Origin: Candidatus Latescibacterota bacterium
GTDB taxonomy: Bacteria > Latescibacterota > UBA2968 > UBA8231
Direction: 5' to 3'
Assembly: GCA_965261395.1 (NCBI GenBank)
Contig: OZ253462.1
Span: 1,472,001 to 1,536,000, forward strand
DNA: 64,000 nt
Part shown: positions 1 to 9,593 of the stretch, piece by piece
Layout of the letters: each line of letters opens with the position of its first letter
Position numbering within the stretch: position 1 is the stretch's first letter
Program-made: the position numbers and the translations under genes
The notes under the pieces: generated by a model
What the model was told of the DNA's origin: nothing
Databases searched by the model: none
What the model saw: the letters and a program-made list of their open reading frames with translations, nothing else

Positions 1-2
1 TC

Positions 3-965
3 ACCGATGACCATAACGGCCCGAGTATGGATATCCTGCTCTATCGCCCCGCCGATGCTGCTGGCCCGGTGCCGGTCTTCTTGGGCCTCAACTTCTTTGG
101 CAATCACTCCATCCAACGCGATCCCGCGATCCACCTCAACACCCGCTGGATGCGCCCCGATGCGAAAAACGGCATCGTCAGTCATCGCGCCACCGGCAAC
201 TCGCGTGGCTGCGCAGCCAGCCGCTGGCCCGTCGCCAAGATCATCGAGCGCGGCTACGGCTTGGCCACCATCTACTGCGGCGACCTCGACCCCGACTACG
301 ACGACGGCTATCAAAACGGCGTCCACCCGCTCTTCTACCAAGAGGGGCAAAACCAGCCCGCCCCCGACGAGTGGGGTGCCATCGGCGCTTGGGCGTGGGG
401 TTTGAGCCAGGCCGTGGATTATCTGCAAACCGATCCTGACTGCAACCACGAGAAGGTCGCCGTGCTCGGCCACTCGCGGCTGGGCAAGACTGCGCTGTGG
501 GCCGGGGCCTGCGACCTGCGCTTTGCCATGGTCATTTCCAACGATTCCGGCTGCGGTGGGGCTGCCCTCTCGCGGCGGCGCTACGGCGAGACCGTCGCGC
601 ATATCAACCATGCGTTCCCGCACTGGTTCTGCGATAATTTCAGACGCTATAACGATGCCGAAGACGAGCTGCCCGTAGATCAGCATCAACTCTTGGCACT
701 TTGCGCCCCGCGTCCTCTGTACGTAGCCAGCGCCGTCGAGGACCGCTGGGCCGATCCGCGCGGCGAATTCCTCGCTGCCCTCGCCGCCGATCCCGTCTAT
801 CGCCTGCTCGGGACCGACGGCTTACCTGCCACGCAGATGCCGGCCGTCGATCAGCCGGTCATGGGCCAGATCGGCTACCACATCCGCAGCGGCGGTCACG
901 ACCTCGCCGAGTACGATTGGGGGCAATACTTGGATTTTGCCGATCGCCACTTGGGGAGAAATTAA
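3..965 (+). CDS. CE15-family (glucuronoyl esterase-like) alpha/beta hydrolase, 5' truncated by window edge
   Basis: GHSRLGK nucleophile motif, [26 protein letters not shown] and WADPRGE motifs; frame is open from position 3. Confidence 0.85.
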   Translation, partial: TDDHNGPSMDILLYRPADAAGPVPVFLGLNFFGNHSIQRDPAIHLNTRWMRPDAKNGIVSHRATGNSRGCAASRWPVAKIIERGYGLATIYCGDLDPDYDDGYQNGVHPLFYQEGQNQPAPDEWGAIGAWAWGLSQAVDYLQTDPDCNHEKVAVLGHSRLGKTALWAGACDLRFAMVISNDSGCGGAALSRRRYGETVAHINHAFPHWFCDNFRRYNDAEDELPVDQHQLLALCAPRPLYVASAVEDRWADPRGEFLAALAADPVYRLLGTDGLPATQMPAVDQPVMGQIGYHIRSGGHDLAEYDWGQYLDFADRHLGRN

Positions 966-990
966 GGGCACCCACGAGGGGTGCCCCTAC
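966..990 (-). repeat. REP-like palindrome (GTAG + GGGCACCC-ctcgt-GGGTGCCC) between convergent genes
   Basis: Minus strand reads GTAG followed by a perfect 8-bp GC hairpin, the architecture of RAYT-associated REPs. Confidence 0.65.
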
Positions 991-1003
991 GTCGCGAAAA
1001 ACG

Positions 1004-2119
1004 CTACCCGCCGCCGCCTTCACGGCCGTCGTGGCTTTCACTGCCTTCCCCGCCTTCCCCGCCTTCCCCGCCTTCGTCATGGCCCCTTTCTCCCCCGTCT
1101 TCCCCGTCTTCCCCGTCTTTCCCGCCTTCACCACCTTCCCCGCTGCCTTCGCCACTTGGGGGGTTGGGACTGGGGACATTGCAGTCGCAGTCAAACATCT
1201 CCGGATGGATCTCCCAAGCGTCGAAAGCTACTCCCGTCGCCAGCGGCTCGTCTTCGACTAACAGCTCGGTGGTCGTACTGGCACCCGGTGCTAAATCGCC
1301 GACTGGGGACGGCCCCAACTCGACGACCGTGCACGTGCCCTGCTTGAGGTTGAGTTCGATCTGGACGGCGCAGACAGTCTGCGCCGTCGCGTTCTCGACG
1401 GTGCCCGAGAACGAGCGCCTGACCGGGTCATAGGACATGGCCACGCGCAGGCCGTTGACGACGCCCTCCCACGACTCGTCGAGCGCGAGGATCGGACTCG
1501 ATGGGTCGCCTTCGCCGTCTTCGCCGCCTTCGTCATGGCCGCTGGTCTCATTACCCTCGCCTTCGCCGCCTTCACCGCCTTCACCGCCCCCGCCCTCTCC
1601 GCCTTCGCCAGAGCCGACCTCCACATGGGGCGACCAGCCATCAAAAGTCTGACCAGTGGCAGACAGGTTGATGAGTAGTTGCCCACCCGGCGCAAGGTTC
1701 GTCGGCGTCGTTGGTCCTAACTCCGCCGTAATCGCGTTGGATCCGTCGGACAGATGCACTTCCACCCGCACCCGGCACAAAATTTGGTTCGTCGTATTCT
1801 CCACTGTGCCGAAGAACGCATTCCTGCTGGGGATGTACCACATGATTAACCGTGCGCCGCTGCGCGTCTGGTCGTAGCGCTGGTCGAGGGTTAGTTGCTG
1901 ACCGCCCTCTTCGTTGACGACGGCTAAACGGCCTGCTCCGCCTTCACTACTTTCATGGCCTTCGCTGTCTGCGTTGTCACCATGTTCTGCGCCCGACTCA
2001 GACCTGCCTGATTCAGCGTTTTCGCCTGCGGGTGTTATTGGATTATCAGCACAGCCGCTTATTCCAATAAGTGCGAGAATAAGCCCCGCAGCGATTGGTT
2101 TGCCCATATTGAGCTTCAT
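1004..2119 (-). CDS. Predicted lipoprotein with two similar Ig-like (FxLYD-like) domains and Glu/Gly/His-rich linkers
   Basis: Signal peptide with ISG-C lipobox; duplicated motif GTVEN..Q..C.V..E..L...ELGP....LAPG; EGGEG/GHDEG repeats. Confidence 0.75.
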   Translation of the reverse strand: MKLNMGKPIAAGLILALIGISGCADNPITPAGENAESGRSESGAEHGDNADSEGHESSEGGAGRLAVVNEEGGQQLTLDQRYDQTRSGARLIMWYIPSRNAFFGTVENTTNQILCRVRVEVHLSDGSNAITAELGPTTPTNLAPGGQLLINLSATGQTFDGWSPHVEVGSGEGGEGGGGEGGEGGEGEGNETSGHDEGGEDGEGDPSSPILALDESWEGVVNGLRVAMSYDPVRRSFSGTVENATAQTVCAVQIELNLKQGTCTVVELGPSPVGDLAPGASTTTELLVEDEPLATGVAFDAWEIHPEMFDCDCNVPSPNPPSGEGSGEGGEGGKDGEDGEDGGERGHDEGGEGGEGGEGSESHDGREGGGG

Positions 2120-2190
2120 CGTGTCTCCTCTGAGTTAAGTGGGTAGTTCAAACCACATTTTTCGCCATGGCATTGGACACCCCTCCACTC

Positions 2191-2207
2191 TGCAATCTCC
2201 GTGCCAA
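2191..2207 (-). promoter_or_regulatory. Sigma-54 (-24/-12) promoter of the lipoprotein gene
   Basis: Minus strand TTGGCACGGAGATTGCA matches consensus TGGCACG-N4-TTGC(A/T); about 70 bp upstream of the 2119 start. Confidence 0.9.
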
Positions 2208-2257
2208 CTGAAAAGGCACTGGATCAAGGGGTTTTTGGGCAGAATCTGGAACGGACG

Positions 2258-2293
2258 CGGCAAATTTCCGCCGGAAAAGGCAGAAATTTGCCG
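2258..2293. promoter_or_regulatory. Inverted repeat, candidate enhancer (UAS) for the sigma-54 activator
   Basis: cggcaaatttccgcc / ggcagaaatttgccg (14 of 15 complementary), 50-85 bp upstream of the -24 element. Confidence 0.55.
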
Positions 2294-2398
2294 GGGAAGG
2301 CATTTTTCCGATAAATTCAGCGGAGGCTCAACACACGGCCCACGCCATTGATCAATCTTCTATCAGGCCGCTGTTCATTACTACGTGCGAAAGAACGC

Positions 2399-3859
2399 AT
2401 GAAGATCCGACTCCAAACCAAGACGACCCTCACCATTGCGCTGCTCGTGGTCTTGGTTTTGACGGCTAGTAGTTATCTATTTTACGACACGGCAAAGCGT
2501 GCGCTCGACGCCGAGATGGGCGAACGGCTCGTGGCGGTCGCCAAGACCTCTGCAGCCCAACTCAATGGAAGCTACTTGCGCGCACTCCAGCCGGGCAGCG
2601 AAGGCACGCGGTTGTACCGAACGCTGCAAAAGAAGCTGCAGTCTATGCGCGATGCTTCCGAAGCGCAGGCGATGTACGTGCTCGACCTTGAATACAAAAG
2701 CCTCGTCGATTCCCGCCTTGATGTGCCCATTGGCAGTCAATACCACTCACTGGGCGAAGACAGAATCCATATTGACCAAGCCAAACAAGGGGTAGGGGCC
2801 GCCTCGGTCGCCTTTCACGGCAAAGACGATGCTTTTTACCGATCGGCGTATGCGCCCATCCACGACGAACACGGTGATATCGTCGCCATCCTCGCCGTGG
2901 ATGCGAGTGTGCTGTTCCTCGACAGCCTTGCGAGGATGAGCCGCAACATGGTGCTCATCGGCGTCGTTGGTATGGTTTTTGCGGTCGTTCTCAGCATCTT
3001 TTTAGCTCGGTCGATCGTCGTGCCGATTGAGAGACTCTCGCAAGCGACCCAACAGATCAAGGCCGGGGCGTTCGGGACGCAGGTTGAAACGCGCAGTAAA
3101 GACGAAGTCGGCGTGCTAGCCACGACATTCAACGAGATGAGTATCGCGATTCAAGAGCGGGACCAGCAGGTGTCGCGCATGGCCGAGGAGCTTCGACAGC
3201 TATCGGCTGGGCTCGCCCATGAAGTCAGAAACCCGCTTAATGGGATGCGAATTTTTCTAGGCTTGCTCAAACGCCAACTCCCCGCCGACCCAAAGGCGGA
3301 GCAACTGATTGAACAAGTAGATGGCGAAGTGCAGTCATTGAACCAGCTAGTCAGCGAGTTTCTCGACTTTGCGCGTCCGACGCCGTTGCAGACCGAGGCG
3401 GTGGACTTGTCGGACGTAGTCGCTTCAGTACTGGCGCTGCTCGATGCGGAGTTGCGTGCGGGCGCTATCGAGGTTCAAACGGTAAACTTGGACACCTTGC
3501 CCACCATCGAAGCAGACGCCGACCAACTCAAGTGGGTGTTCACCAATCTGGTCAAGAATGCCGCGCAAGCAATCGACCGGGGCGGAACCATCGCTGTCGA
3601 AGGTTTTGTCGATGCGGACGCCGATGCCATCCGCGTCGAGGTTCGGGATACCGGAGTGGGTATGTCTCCCGAGACGGCGGAACGCGCTTTTATCCCGTTT
3701 TTTACCACTAAAGACAAGGGCACGGGGCTTGGGTTGGCCATCGTCAAACGGCTGGTCGAGCATCACCGAGGAACGATCGAATGCACGAGTAAGCAAGGCG
3801 ATGGTACTACGTTTGCCCTCAAATTGCCGACGACTCTGGAGCGAGAAAGACGGGCATGA
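2399..3859 (+). CDS. Membrane sensor histidine kinase (2 TM, periplasmic domain, HAMP, HisKA, HATPase)
   Basis: AHEVRNPL H-box, NLVKNA N-box, DTGVG, FFTTK and GTGLGL boxes; DEVGVLATTFNEM HAMP motif. Confidence 0.95.
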   Translation: MKIRLQTKTTLTIALLVVLVLTASSYLFYDTAKRALDAEMGERLVAVAKTSAAQLNGSYLRALQPGSEGTRLYRTLQKKLQSMRDASEAQAMYVLDLEYKSLVDSRLDVPIGSQYHSLGEDRIHIDQAKQGVGAASVAFHGKDDAFYRSAYAPIHDEHGDIVAILAVDASVLFLDSLARMSRNMVLIGVVGMVFAVVLSIFLARSIVVPIERLSQATQQIKAGAFGTQVETRSKDEVGVLATTFNEMSIAIQERDQQVSRMAEELRQLSAGLAHEVRNPLNGMRIFLGLLKRQLPADPKAEQLIEQVDGEVQSLNQLVSEFLDFARPTPLQTEAVDLSDVVASVLALLDAELRAGAIEVQTVNLDTLPTIEADADQLKWVFTNLVKNAAQAIDRGGTIAVEGFVDADADAIRVEVRDTGVGMSPETAERAFIPFFTTKDKGTGLGLAIVKRLVEHHRGTIECTSKQGDGTTFALKLPTTLERERRA

Positions 3860-5193
3860 GCCGGATACTGATCGCCGACGATCATAAAAGTACCAGAGAG
3901 GGGCTCGCCCTCGCGCTTGGGGGGCTGGGGCATTCGATCCATGTTGCATTTGACGGAGAGGATGCGATCGCCGCGGTCGGGAAGTATTCTTTCGATTTGG
4001 CCATGGTCGATATCCAGATGCCAAAGAAGACCGGGCTCGAAGTCCTCGCAGCCATTGCCGAGACCTCGCCCGAAACAAGTGTCGTAATGATGACGGCTTT
4101 TGGCACGATCGAGTTGGCCGTTGAGGCCATGCAAAAGGGAGCGGTGGATTTTATAACCAAACCGTACACGCTCGAACAGATCGAAATAAAAATTGAACAG
4201 GCCCTTGCCGGACGCCGTCTCAGTCAGGAAAACGCATACCTGCGCCAAGAAGACGAGCTGCGTTACAGCTTTGACGAGATCATGGGTGAAAGCCCGCAGA
4301 TGCAAGCGGTCTTTCGCAGGATACAAACCGTCGCGCCAACCCATGCGACCGTGCTCATCGGCGGGGAAAGCGGCACTGGGAAAGAGCTCGTTGCCCGTGC
4401 GATCCACCAGCACAGTACGCGCCGGGAAAAACCCTTCGTCAAAGTCAATTGCGCGGCGCTGGCAGAGGGCGTGCTGGAAAGCGAGCTCTTCGGCCATGAG
4501 AAAGGCGCATTTACCCAGGCCGTGAAGATGAAACCCGGACGTTTCGAGATCGCCGATGGCGGTACGTTGTTCCTCGATGAGATCGGCGAGAGTACGCCGG
4601 CGATGCAGGTCAAACTGCTGCGCGTCTTGCAGGAACGGGAATTCGAGCGGGTCGGGGGAACCCGCTCGATCTCGGTCGATGTCCGGCTCGTCGCCGCGAC
4701 CAACCAAAACTTGCCCGACCGCATCAGGGAAGGGGCATTCCGCGAAGACCTGTACTATCGCCTCAACGTGGTACCCATCGAGGTCCCGCCTTTGCGCGAA
4801 CGTCGCGAAGACATTCCGCTGCTCGTGGCCCATTTCCTGCTCAAGTACAACGCCGAGATCGGCAAGAAGGTGTCGTCAGTGCATCCCAGCGCAATGGAAT
4901 TGCTGACGACGTACTCTTGGGCCGGCAATGTCAGGGAACTCGAAAATGCCATCGAACGCGCCGTGGTGTTGGCACAGGGCAACGCGATTACGCCTGATGA
5001 TCTCTCGCTAAACGCTCAATCGCCTGAACACCACGTAGAAAGCGGCACATTGACGGAGCGCGTCGAGGCTTTTGAAAAGCAGCTCTTGTGGGATGCCTAT
5101 CTAAAGGCAAACAAGGTCAAAGCCGACGCCGCGAAATTGCTCGGTATCGAACGAACCACTTTCCGCTATAAATTCGAAAAATATGAACTCTAG
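3856..5193 (+). CDS. NtrC/ZraR-family sigma-54-dependent response regulator
   Basis: Receiver domain (DIQMP), GESGTGKE Walker A, ESELFGHEKGAFTQA, LFLDEIG, REDLYYRLNV, C-terminal Fis-type HTH. Confidence 0.97.
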   Translation: MSRILIADDHKSTREGLALALGGLGHSIHVAFDGEDAIAAVGKYSFDLAMVDIQMPKKTGLEVLAAIAETSPETSVVMMTAFGTIELAVEAMQKGAVDFITKPYTLEQIEIKIEQALAGRRLSQENAYLRQEDELRYSFDEIMGESPQMQAVFRRIQTVAPTHATVLIGGESGTGKELVARAIHQHSTRREKPFVKVNCAALAEGVLESELFGHEKGAFTQAVKMKPGRFEIADGGTLFLDEIGESTPAMQVKLLRVLQEREFERVGGTRSISVDVRLVAATNQNLPDRIREGAFREDLYYRLNVVPIEVPPLRERREDIPLLVAHFLLKYNAEIGKKVSSVHPSAMELLTTYSWAGNVRELENAIERAVVLAQGNAITPDDLSLNAQSPEHHVESGTLTERVEAFEKQLLWDAYLKANKVKADAAKLLGIERTTFRYKFEKYEL

Positions 5194-5216
5194 TCTCTCG
5201 GCGAGCGTTCAGGACC

Positions 5217-6110
5217 ATGCTTTTTAGCTGGCGGTGTTTCCTGCTATTTTTCGCCATCTCAATCGGGGCGGTGCCAGCGGCGTTCACAAAGGAACCGACC
5301 CTACAGAACCTGAGAATACAAATCGAACAACTTGCCGAGCAGGTCGAAGGCATTTCGGTTAAGAGCAACAAGTTGCTGCGCGAAAACAAGCAGTTGACCG
5401 ATAGGATCCGCACGGCCAAACAAGACCTGCAACAAGGCAGCGACCGACTGCTTGAGCGACAGTTGCAGGACGACCTGCAGGCGTCCCGGGCATTATCGGA
5501 CCGGATCCAGGCACTCGACGACCAGATCTATGCGCTCACTGAGGCATCGATCGGCAAGCAACGTACGCTCGTGGGCATGCTGAACGCCGAAATCGAGCGG
5601 CTTTCTGGGGAAGCCCGCGCCGCCAAAGACGCCAAAACCAAGACCCGAATTCTTGCCGAAATGCTGAAATTTCAGGAGGAAGTAGAAACCTACCGGGAGC
5701 AAATGGCCAGAGAGTCCAGCGAGTTGCTGTTGTCGTTGGATGTCGCCCCGGCGCAAACCGACGGCCCTGATGAGATCCAGCAGAAATTGGCCGTGCTCCA
5801 AGACCAACAGGATATTATACGGACCAAAATCGGAGAGCTTGACCGGCAGATCCGCGAAACCAGTAAAGCACTCGATTTGCGGCGCAACATGCTGGAGTTG
5901 CTCCGCGACATTCGCCGCGGGGAAGAAGACGAGTTTGATCTCGACCGCAACCTTGATATCGCCGAATTGGAAGGCGAGATTGCGGATGCGGAATCGGCGC
6001 TGGAAATTTGGCGAGCCAAACGGGAGAGCTGGGACGCCAAAGAAAAAATCCACGGTGAGAAAGCGGTACATCTCGCCCGGGAACTCAAGAATATGCTCCA
6101 AGGAAAGTGA
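5217..6110 (+). CDS. Exported coiled-coil protein
   Basis: N-terminal signal peptide; heptad-rich E/Q/L/R sequence; same operon as the two-component system. Confidence 0.7.
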   Translation: MLFSWRCFLLFFAISIGAVPAAFTKEPTLQNLRIQIEQLAEQVEGISVKSNKLLRENKQLTDRIRTAKQDLQQGSDRLLERQLQDDLQASRALSDRIQALDDQIYALTEASIGKQRTLVGMLNAEIERLSGEARAAKDAKTKTRILAEMLKFQEEVETYREQMARESSELLLSLDVAPAQTDGPDEIQQKLAVLQDQQDIIRTKIGELDRQIRETSKALDLRRNMLELLRDIRRGEEDEFDLDRNLDIAELEGEIADAESALEIWRAKRESWDAKEKIHGEKAVHLARELKNMLQGK

Positions 6111-6122
6111 CGGTACCCCCAC

Positions 6123-7250
6123 GTGTCATTGAGAGTTGCAGCTATGATATGGTCGCTCACGCTGAGCACCCCGTGCCTAGTTCACGCCGATTCATCGTTG
6201 CGGATCAAGCCCTTTTTTGACCTCCGCTATCAGTACGAAGACAATGTCTTTCAGGTGCCGACAGAACGGGGCGAACAACGGGATTTTGCCGCGTATATAT
6301 GGGCAGGGGTCGATGTCAGGGCCGAGCTTGATTCCCGCACGCGCATCGCCGTACGCTATGAGATGGCCCCGCGTCGCTTCGCCGACGTAACCCGGAAGAA
6401 TCGCTACGATCACCTGCTGTCAGGTCTTTGGCACCGCAAGCTTTCCCGCGATGCCACGCTCCTGACCGTCGCCAACCTCGGCCTGCGGCACCAACCCAAT
6501 GACCGCATCAACGAATACTTCAAGCAAGATATCAGCGGTCAACTCCAGATACGGTGGAACCCGTCGTGGTCGTCCCGATTCGGGGCCGAGCTGCGGAACA
6601 AGTACTTTCCCAACAGCAAAAGCAGCACGTATAGCAGTGTCATGGTCGAAGGCGGGCTCAGACGGCGGCTCAGCGCGATTGCAGATGTTTCCGCTGGCTA
6701 TCAGGTTCGCGCGTACCGAGGCGTTATTGACCCGAGAATCATCATATCCGACCTCAACGAGCACGTGGGCGGGATCCGCCAGACCGCCAGCCTCGGGTTT
6801 GAGGGCATGGCCTTGGGGCGGGTGTTGCTGAATTTGAAATATCAGTTCGAAATTGATCTAGCCACCCGCGAACTCCCGCGCCACGAACCCTTCTCTCGCG
6901 AGCCTGAGCAAGGGGGCGAATTCGGCCATCACAACGACGACGCGGACGATGTCGATTTCAACTTCGCCAACCACCGTATAGGGTCTTTGTTCATCTGGCG
7001 ACTCGCGCCGCGTTCCAACGCGAGCCTTGCTGCGCGTCGTCATTTCAAGTTATACCAGGATTGGATCGTGTCCGGGACCGGCACCAAACGGCGCGACAAC
7101 CTCACCCTGTTGCGCTTCGGCTTTAAGCAGGACCTCCGCGACAACCTTGCGGCGCGGCTGGAATATGCTTTTGCGACCAATGACTCGAACGACTCCACCC
7201 GGAGCTACGCCGACAACGCCTACTCGATGCAACTGCAATACTCTTTTTAA
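6123..7250 (+). CDS. Putative outer-membrane beta-barrel protein
   Basis: Signal peptide, alternating amphipathic strands, C-terminal aromatic LQYSF (BAM-type signal). Confidence 0.7.
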   Translation: MSLRVAAMIWSLTLSTPCLVHADSSLRIKPFFDLRYQYEDNVFQVPTERGEQRDFAAYIWAGVDVRAELDSRTRIAVRYEMAPRRFADVTRKNRYDHLLSGLWHRKLSRDATLLTVANLGLRHQPNDRINEYFKQDISGQLQIRWNPSWSSRFGAELRNKYFPNSKSSTYSSVMVEGGLRRRLSAIADVSAGYQVRAYRGVIDPRIIISDLNEHVGGIRQTASLGFEGMALGRVLLNLKYQFEIDLATRELPRHEPFSREPEQGGEFGHHNDDADDVDFNFANHRIGSLFIWRLAPRSNASLAARRHFKLYQDWIVSGTGTKRRDNLTLLRFGFKQDLRDNLAARLEYAFATNDSNDSTRSYADNAYSMQLQYSF

Positions 7251-7373
7251 TGGCCTGACCGTGCTGCCAACCTTGCTGCTACTAACGCTCGGCGATATAA
7301 TGTATCCCCCTTGCGGCAAGTTGCCCCTTACGTAGCGCAAAACACCCGATGTAGATTTGAGAAGGCTTTAGAC

Positions 7374-8534
7374 GTGCAAATACAATCCATCCGCGTAGTT
7401 GACCTCCGGCTTCCACACAATCCGCCCAAGACCGCAGGCCGCCGTCCCTCTTGGAACCAGAGCGCGCCGCGCTCGTTGCCGATTAACAAGTATCCAGAAT
7501 TTTCGCGCCTACCCGGCCAGATGCCGGGCATGGGCGGTGGGCCGGTATGGGTGCAGATCACGGCCGAAGACGGCACTTGGGGTTTGGGCGGCTGCTCCTT
7601 TGGCGATCCGGTAGCCGCCATCGTCGAGCAGGTCTTCGCGCCCCTGCTGACGGGCCGCGATTGTCTGGCGACGGAATTTCTCAACGACCTGATGTGGCGC
7701 GCCGCTCAGCGCCTCGGTCATGCCGGTAGCGCGGCCGTTGCCCAAAGCGGGATTGATCTGGCGCTCTGGGACCTCAAAGGCAAGCTGCTGGGTCAGCCCG
7801 TGTACCGCCTGCTCGGCGGCCCCTGCCGCGACCATCTCGAACTCTACGCCACCGGCGACGACCTCGACTGGGGTCTCGAACTGGGGTTTAGCGCCTTCAA
7901 GGTTACCAATCCGGTTCACTATCGAGAGGGTCAGGAAGGACTCAATCGCCTCGAAGACAAAATCGCCCAAGCGCGCGAGACCATCGGCCCGGACTGCGAG
8001 CTGATGCTCAACGCGGTCATGTCCTACAACGTCGAATACGCCGTTCAAGTCGCCGAACGGCTCAGGCCCTATCAGATGCGCTGGATTGAGGAACCGCTGA
8101 TTCCCACGGATCTTGAAGGCCACATCGCGCTCAAGCGGGCCGCTCCGTACGTGCCCATCGCTACCGGCGAGGACCACCACGGCCGTCAAGCCTTCCGCCA
8201 GCTAGTCGAGCACCGCTGCGTCGATGTGCTGCAACCGGACCTCAAGTGGTGTGGCGGGCTTTCCGAAGCCGTCAAGATCTACTACATCGCCGAAGCCGCC
8301 GGCCTTGTCACCATCCCCCACGGCGGTGCTAACTCTGCCTACGGACAACACTTCGCCTTTGCCTTCCCCGAATCGCCCATGGCCGAGTACTGGCTCGGCT
8401 CGGCTCCGGGCATTCCTCTAGATGAAGTCCCCGTCATACCGGGTACGGCCGTGCCCCAGGACGGGCACTTGGTCCCTTCGGACGCGCCGGGTTTTGGCAT
8501 GGAAATAGAAGACGATTGGATAGTGCCGCGCTGA
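7374..8534 (+). CDS. Mandelate racemase/muconate lactonizing enzyme family dehydratase (L-rhamnonate dehydratase-like)
   Basis: SGIDLALWDLKGK, WIEEPL, ATGED and LQPDLKWCGG motifs. Confidence 0.9.
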   Translation: MQIQSIRVVDLRLPHNPPKTAGRRPSWNQSAPRSLPINKYPEFSRLPGQMPGMGGGPVWVQITAEDGTWGLGGCSFGDPVAAIVEQVFAPLLTGRDCLATEFLNDLMWRAAQRLGHAGSAAVAQSGIDLALWDLKGKLLGQPVYRLLGGPCRDHLELYATGDDLDWGLELGFSAFKVTNPVHYREGQEGLNRLEDKIAQARETIGPDCELMLNAVMSYNVEYAVQVAERLRPYQMRWIEEPLIPTDLEGHIALKRAAPYVPIATGEDHHGRQAFRQLVEHRCVDVLQPDLKWCGGLSEAVKIYYIAEAAGLVTIPHGGANSAYGQHFAFAFPESPMAEYWLGSAPGIPLDEVPVIPGTAVPQDGHLVPSDAPGFGMEIEDDWIVPR

Positions 8535-8537
8535 AGC

Positions 8538-8966
8538 ATGGCTGAACAGTTCGACCTATCCACCAACCCCGGCACCAGCCAGCGCCTAATTTTTGCCCTG
8601 TTGGGCATTGGCCAGTTGGTGTTGGGCACCATCGCCTTCCAGCGCGGCGGCTTCGCGTATGGACTCGCGGTGCTCGGCGGCGGGATCGCGGCGTTCTGCG
8701 CGGCGGCTTTCTTCGTCCACCGCCTCCATCGGCGCTTGGTCTGGCTAGGACCGGAGGGCGTGACCGTCGAAGAGGGTCTGTTTGGCCGGCAGACCTTGGC
8801 GTGGGCCGAGGTCAAAAAGGTGAGTGTGTCGCCGGCCGCGACGGTGTTCCACACGGCGACGGGCGAAGATATTGTCCTCCCCAACGCGGCCGGCCAATCG
8901 CCAGATATCGCCCCATTTTTAGCGCGGTTGCGCGCCTTGGTGGACGAGCACGAACTGCGCGGTTAG
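8538..8966 (+). CDS. Small membrane protein (2 TM + bacterial PH-like domain)
   Basis: Two hydrophobic helices followed by a beta-rich segment containing LAWAEV. Confidence 0.6.
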   Translation: MAEQFDLSTNPGTSQRLIFALLGIGQLVLGTIAFQRGGFAYGLAVLGGGIAAFCAAAFFVHRLHRRLVWLGPEGVTVEEGLFGRQTLAWAEVKKVSVSPAATVFHTATGEDIVLPNAAGQSPDIAPFLARLRALVDEHELRG

Positions 8967-8977
8967 AACTGTTTGCC

Positions 8978-9430
8978 CTATTCGGGTGCAGACCCGTTCT
9001 GCTTAGGTTGTGCGGCGGCGAGGTGGGTTTCGATTTTGCCGACGATCTCAGCGGCGGAGTTTTGCGTGGTCACCGTTTCCAGCAGAGTGTGGTCTTGGGC
9101 GTTGATGAGCAGGACGAGGCCGGTTTGGTTGTTGGCCTTGAAGTGGTCTTCTACGTTGAGGGCCGCGGCAAGCAGGCGGGCTTGGGATGTCAACGTAGAG
9201 TCGGTGACGTCCAATTGGACGAAGAGGACGGGCTGATCGGCTACCCCGGCTTGGACTTCTTCTAGGATTGGCACGAGGGCCGTGCAGGAGCCGCACCAAT
9301 CGGCGTGGACTTTGACTACGTACAAGGCCGGATCGCCTTCGCCTTCTACCTGGACGGTGCCGGCGAGGGTGGGGGCCGGGGCTAGTAAAAGGGCTAAGGC
9401 GGTGAGGGTGAGGACGTATTTGGTCAGCAT
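8978..9430 (-). CDS. Exported thioredoxin-family protein
   Basis: Signal peptide and HADWCGSC CxxC motif. Confidence 0.85.
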   Translation of the reverse strand: MLTKYVLTLTALALLLAPAPTLAGTVQVEGEGDPALYVVKVHADWCGSCTALVPILEEVQAGVADQPVLFVQLDVTDSTLTSQARLLAAALNVEDHFKANNQTGLVLLINAQDHTLLETVTTQNSAAEIVGKIETHLAAAQPKQNGSAPE

Positions 9431-9593
9431 GATTTGCTCCCTATTTAGAGAAGTTGTGGTGTGATCGGGTCGAAGTCAGTCCGTCGGAAGACGTCCTGAC
9501 TCGCCGAGGGGTTCCTCGATCTTAGGCCAATTCTCTATTGCATTCAACCCCTATCGCCGTTAGCGCGGCTGCGCGCCTTGTCCCGGATTGCCC

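Noticed and set aside
1020-1150. Non-coding tandem repeat or Pro/Ser-rich plus-strand ORF
   Set aside because: Explained by the Glu/Gly codons of the minus-strand lipoprotein
3763-4833. Long antisense ORFs (also 35397-36785, 42027-42845, 54106-55134, 60490-61533)
   Set aside because: They shadow well-supported genes in GC-rich DNA and lack motifs
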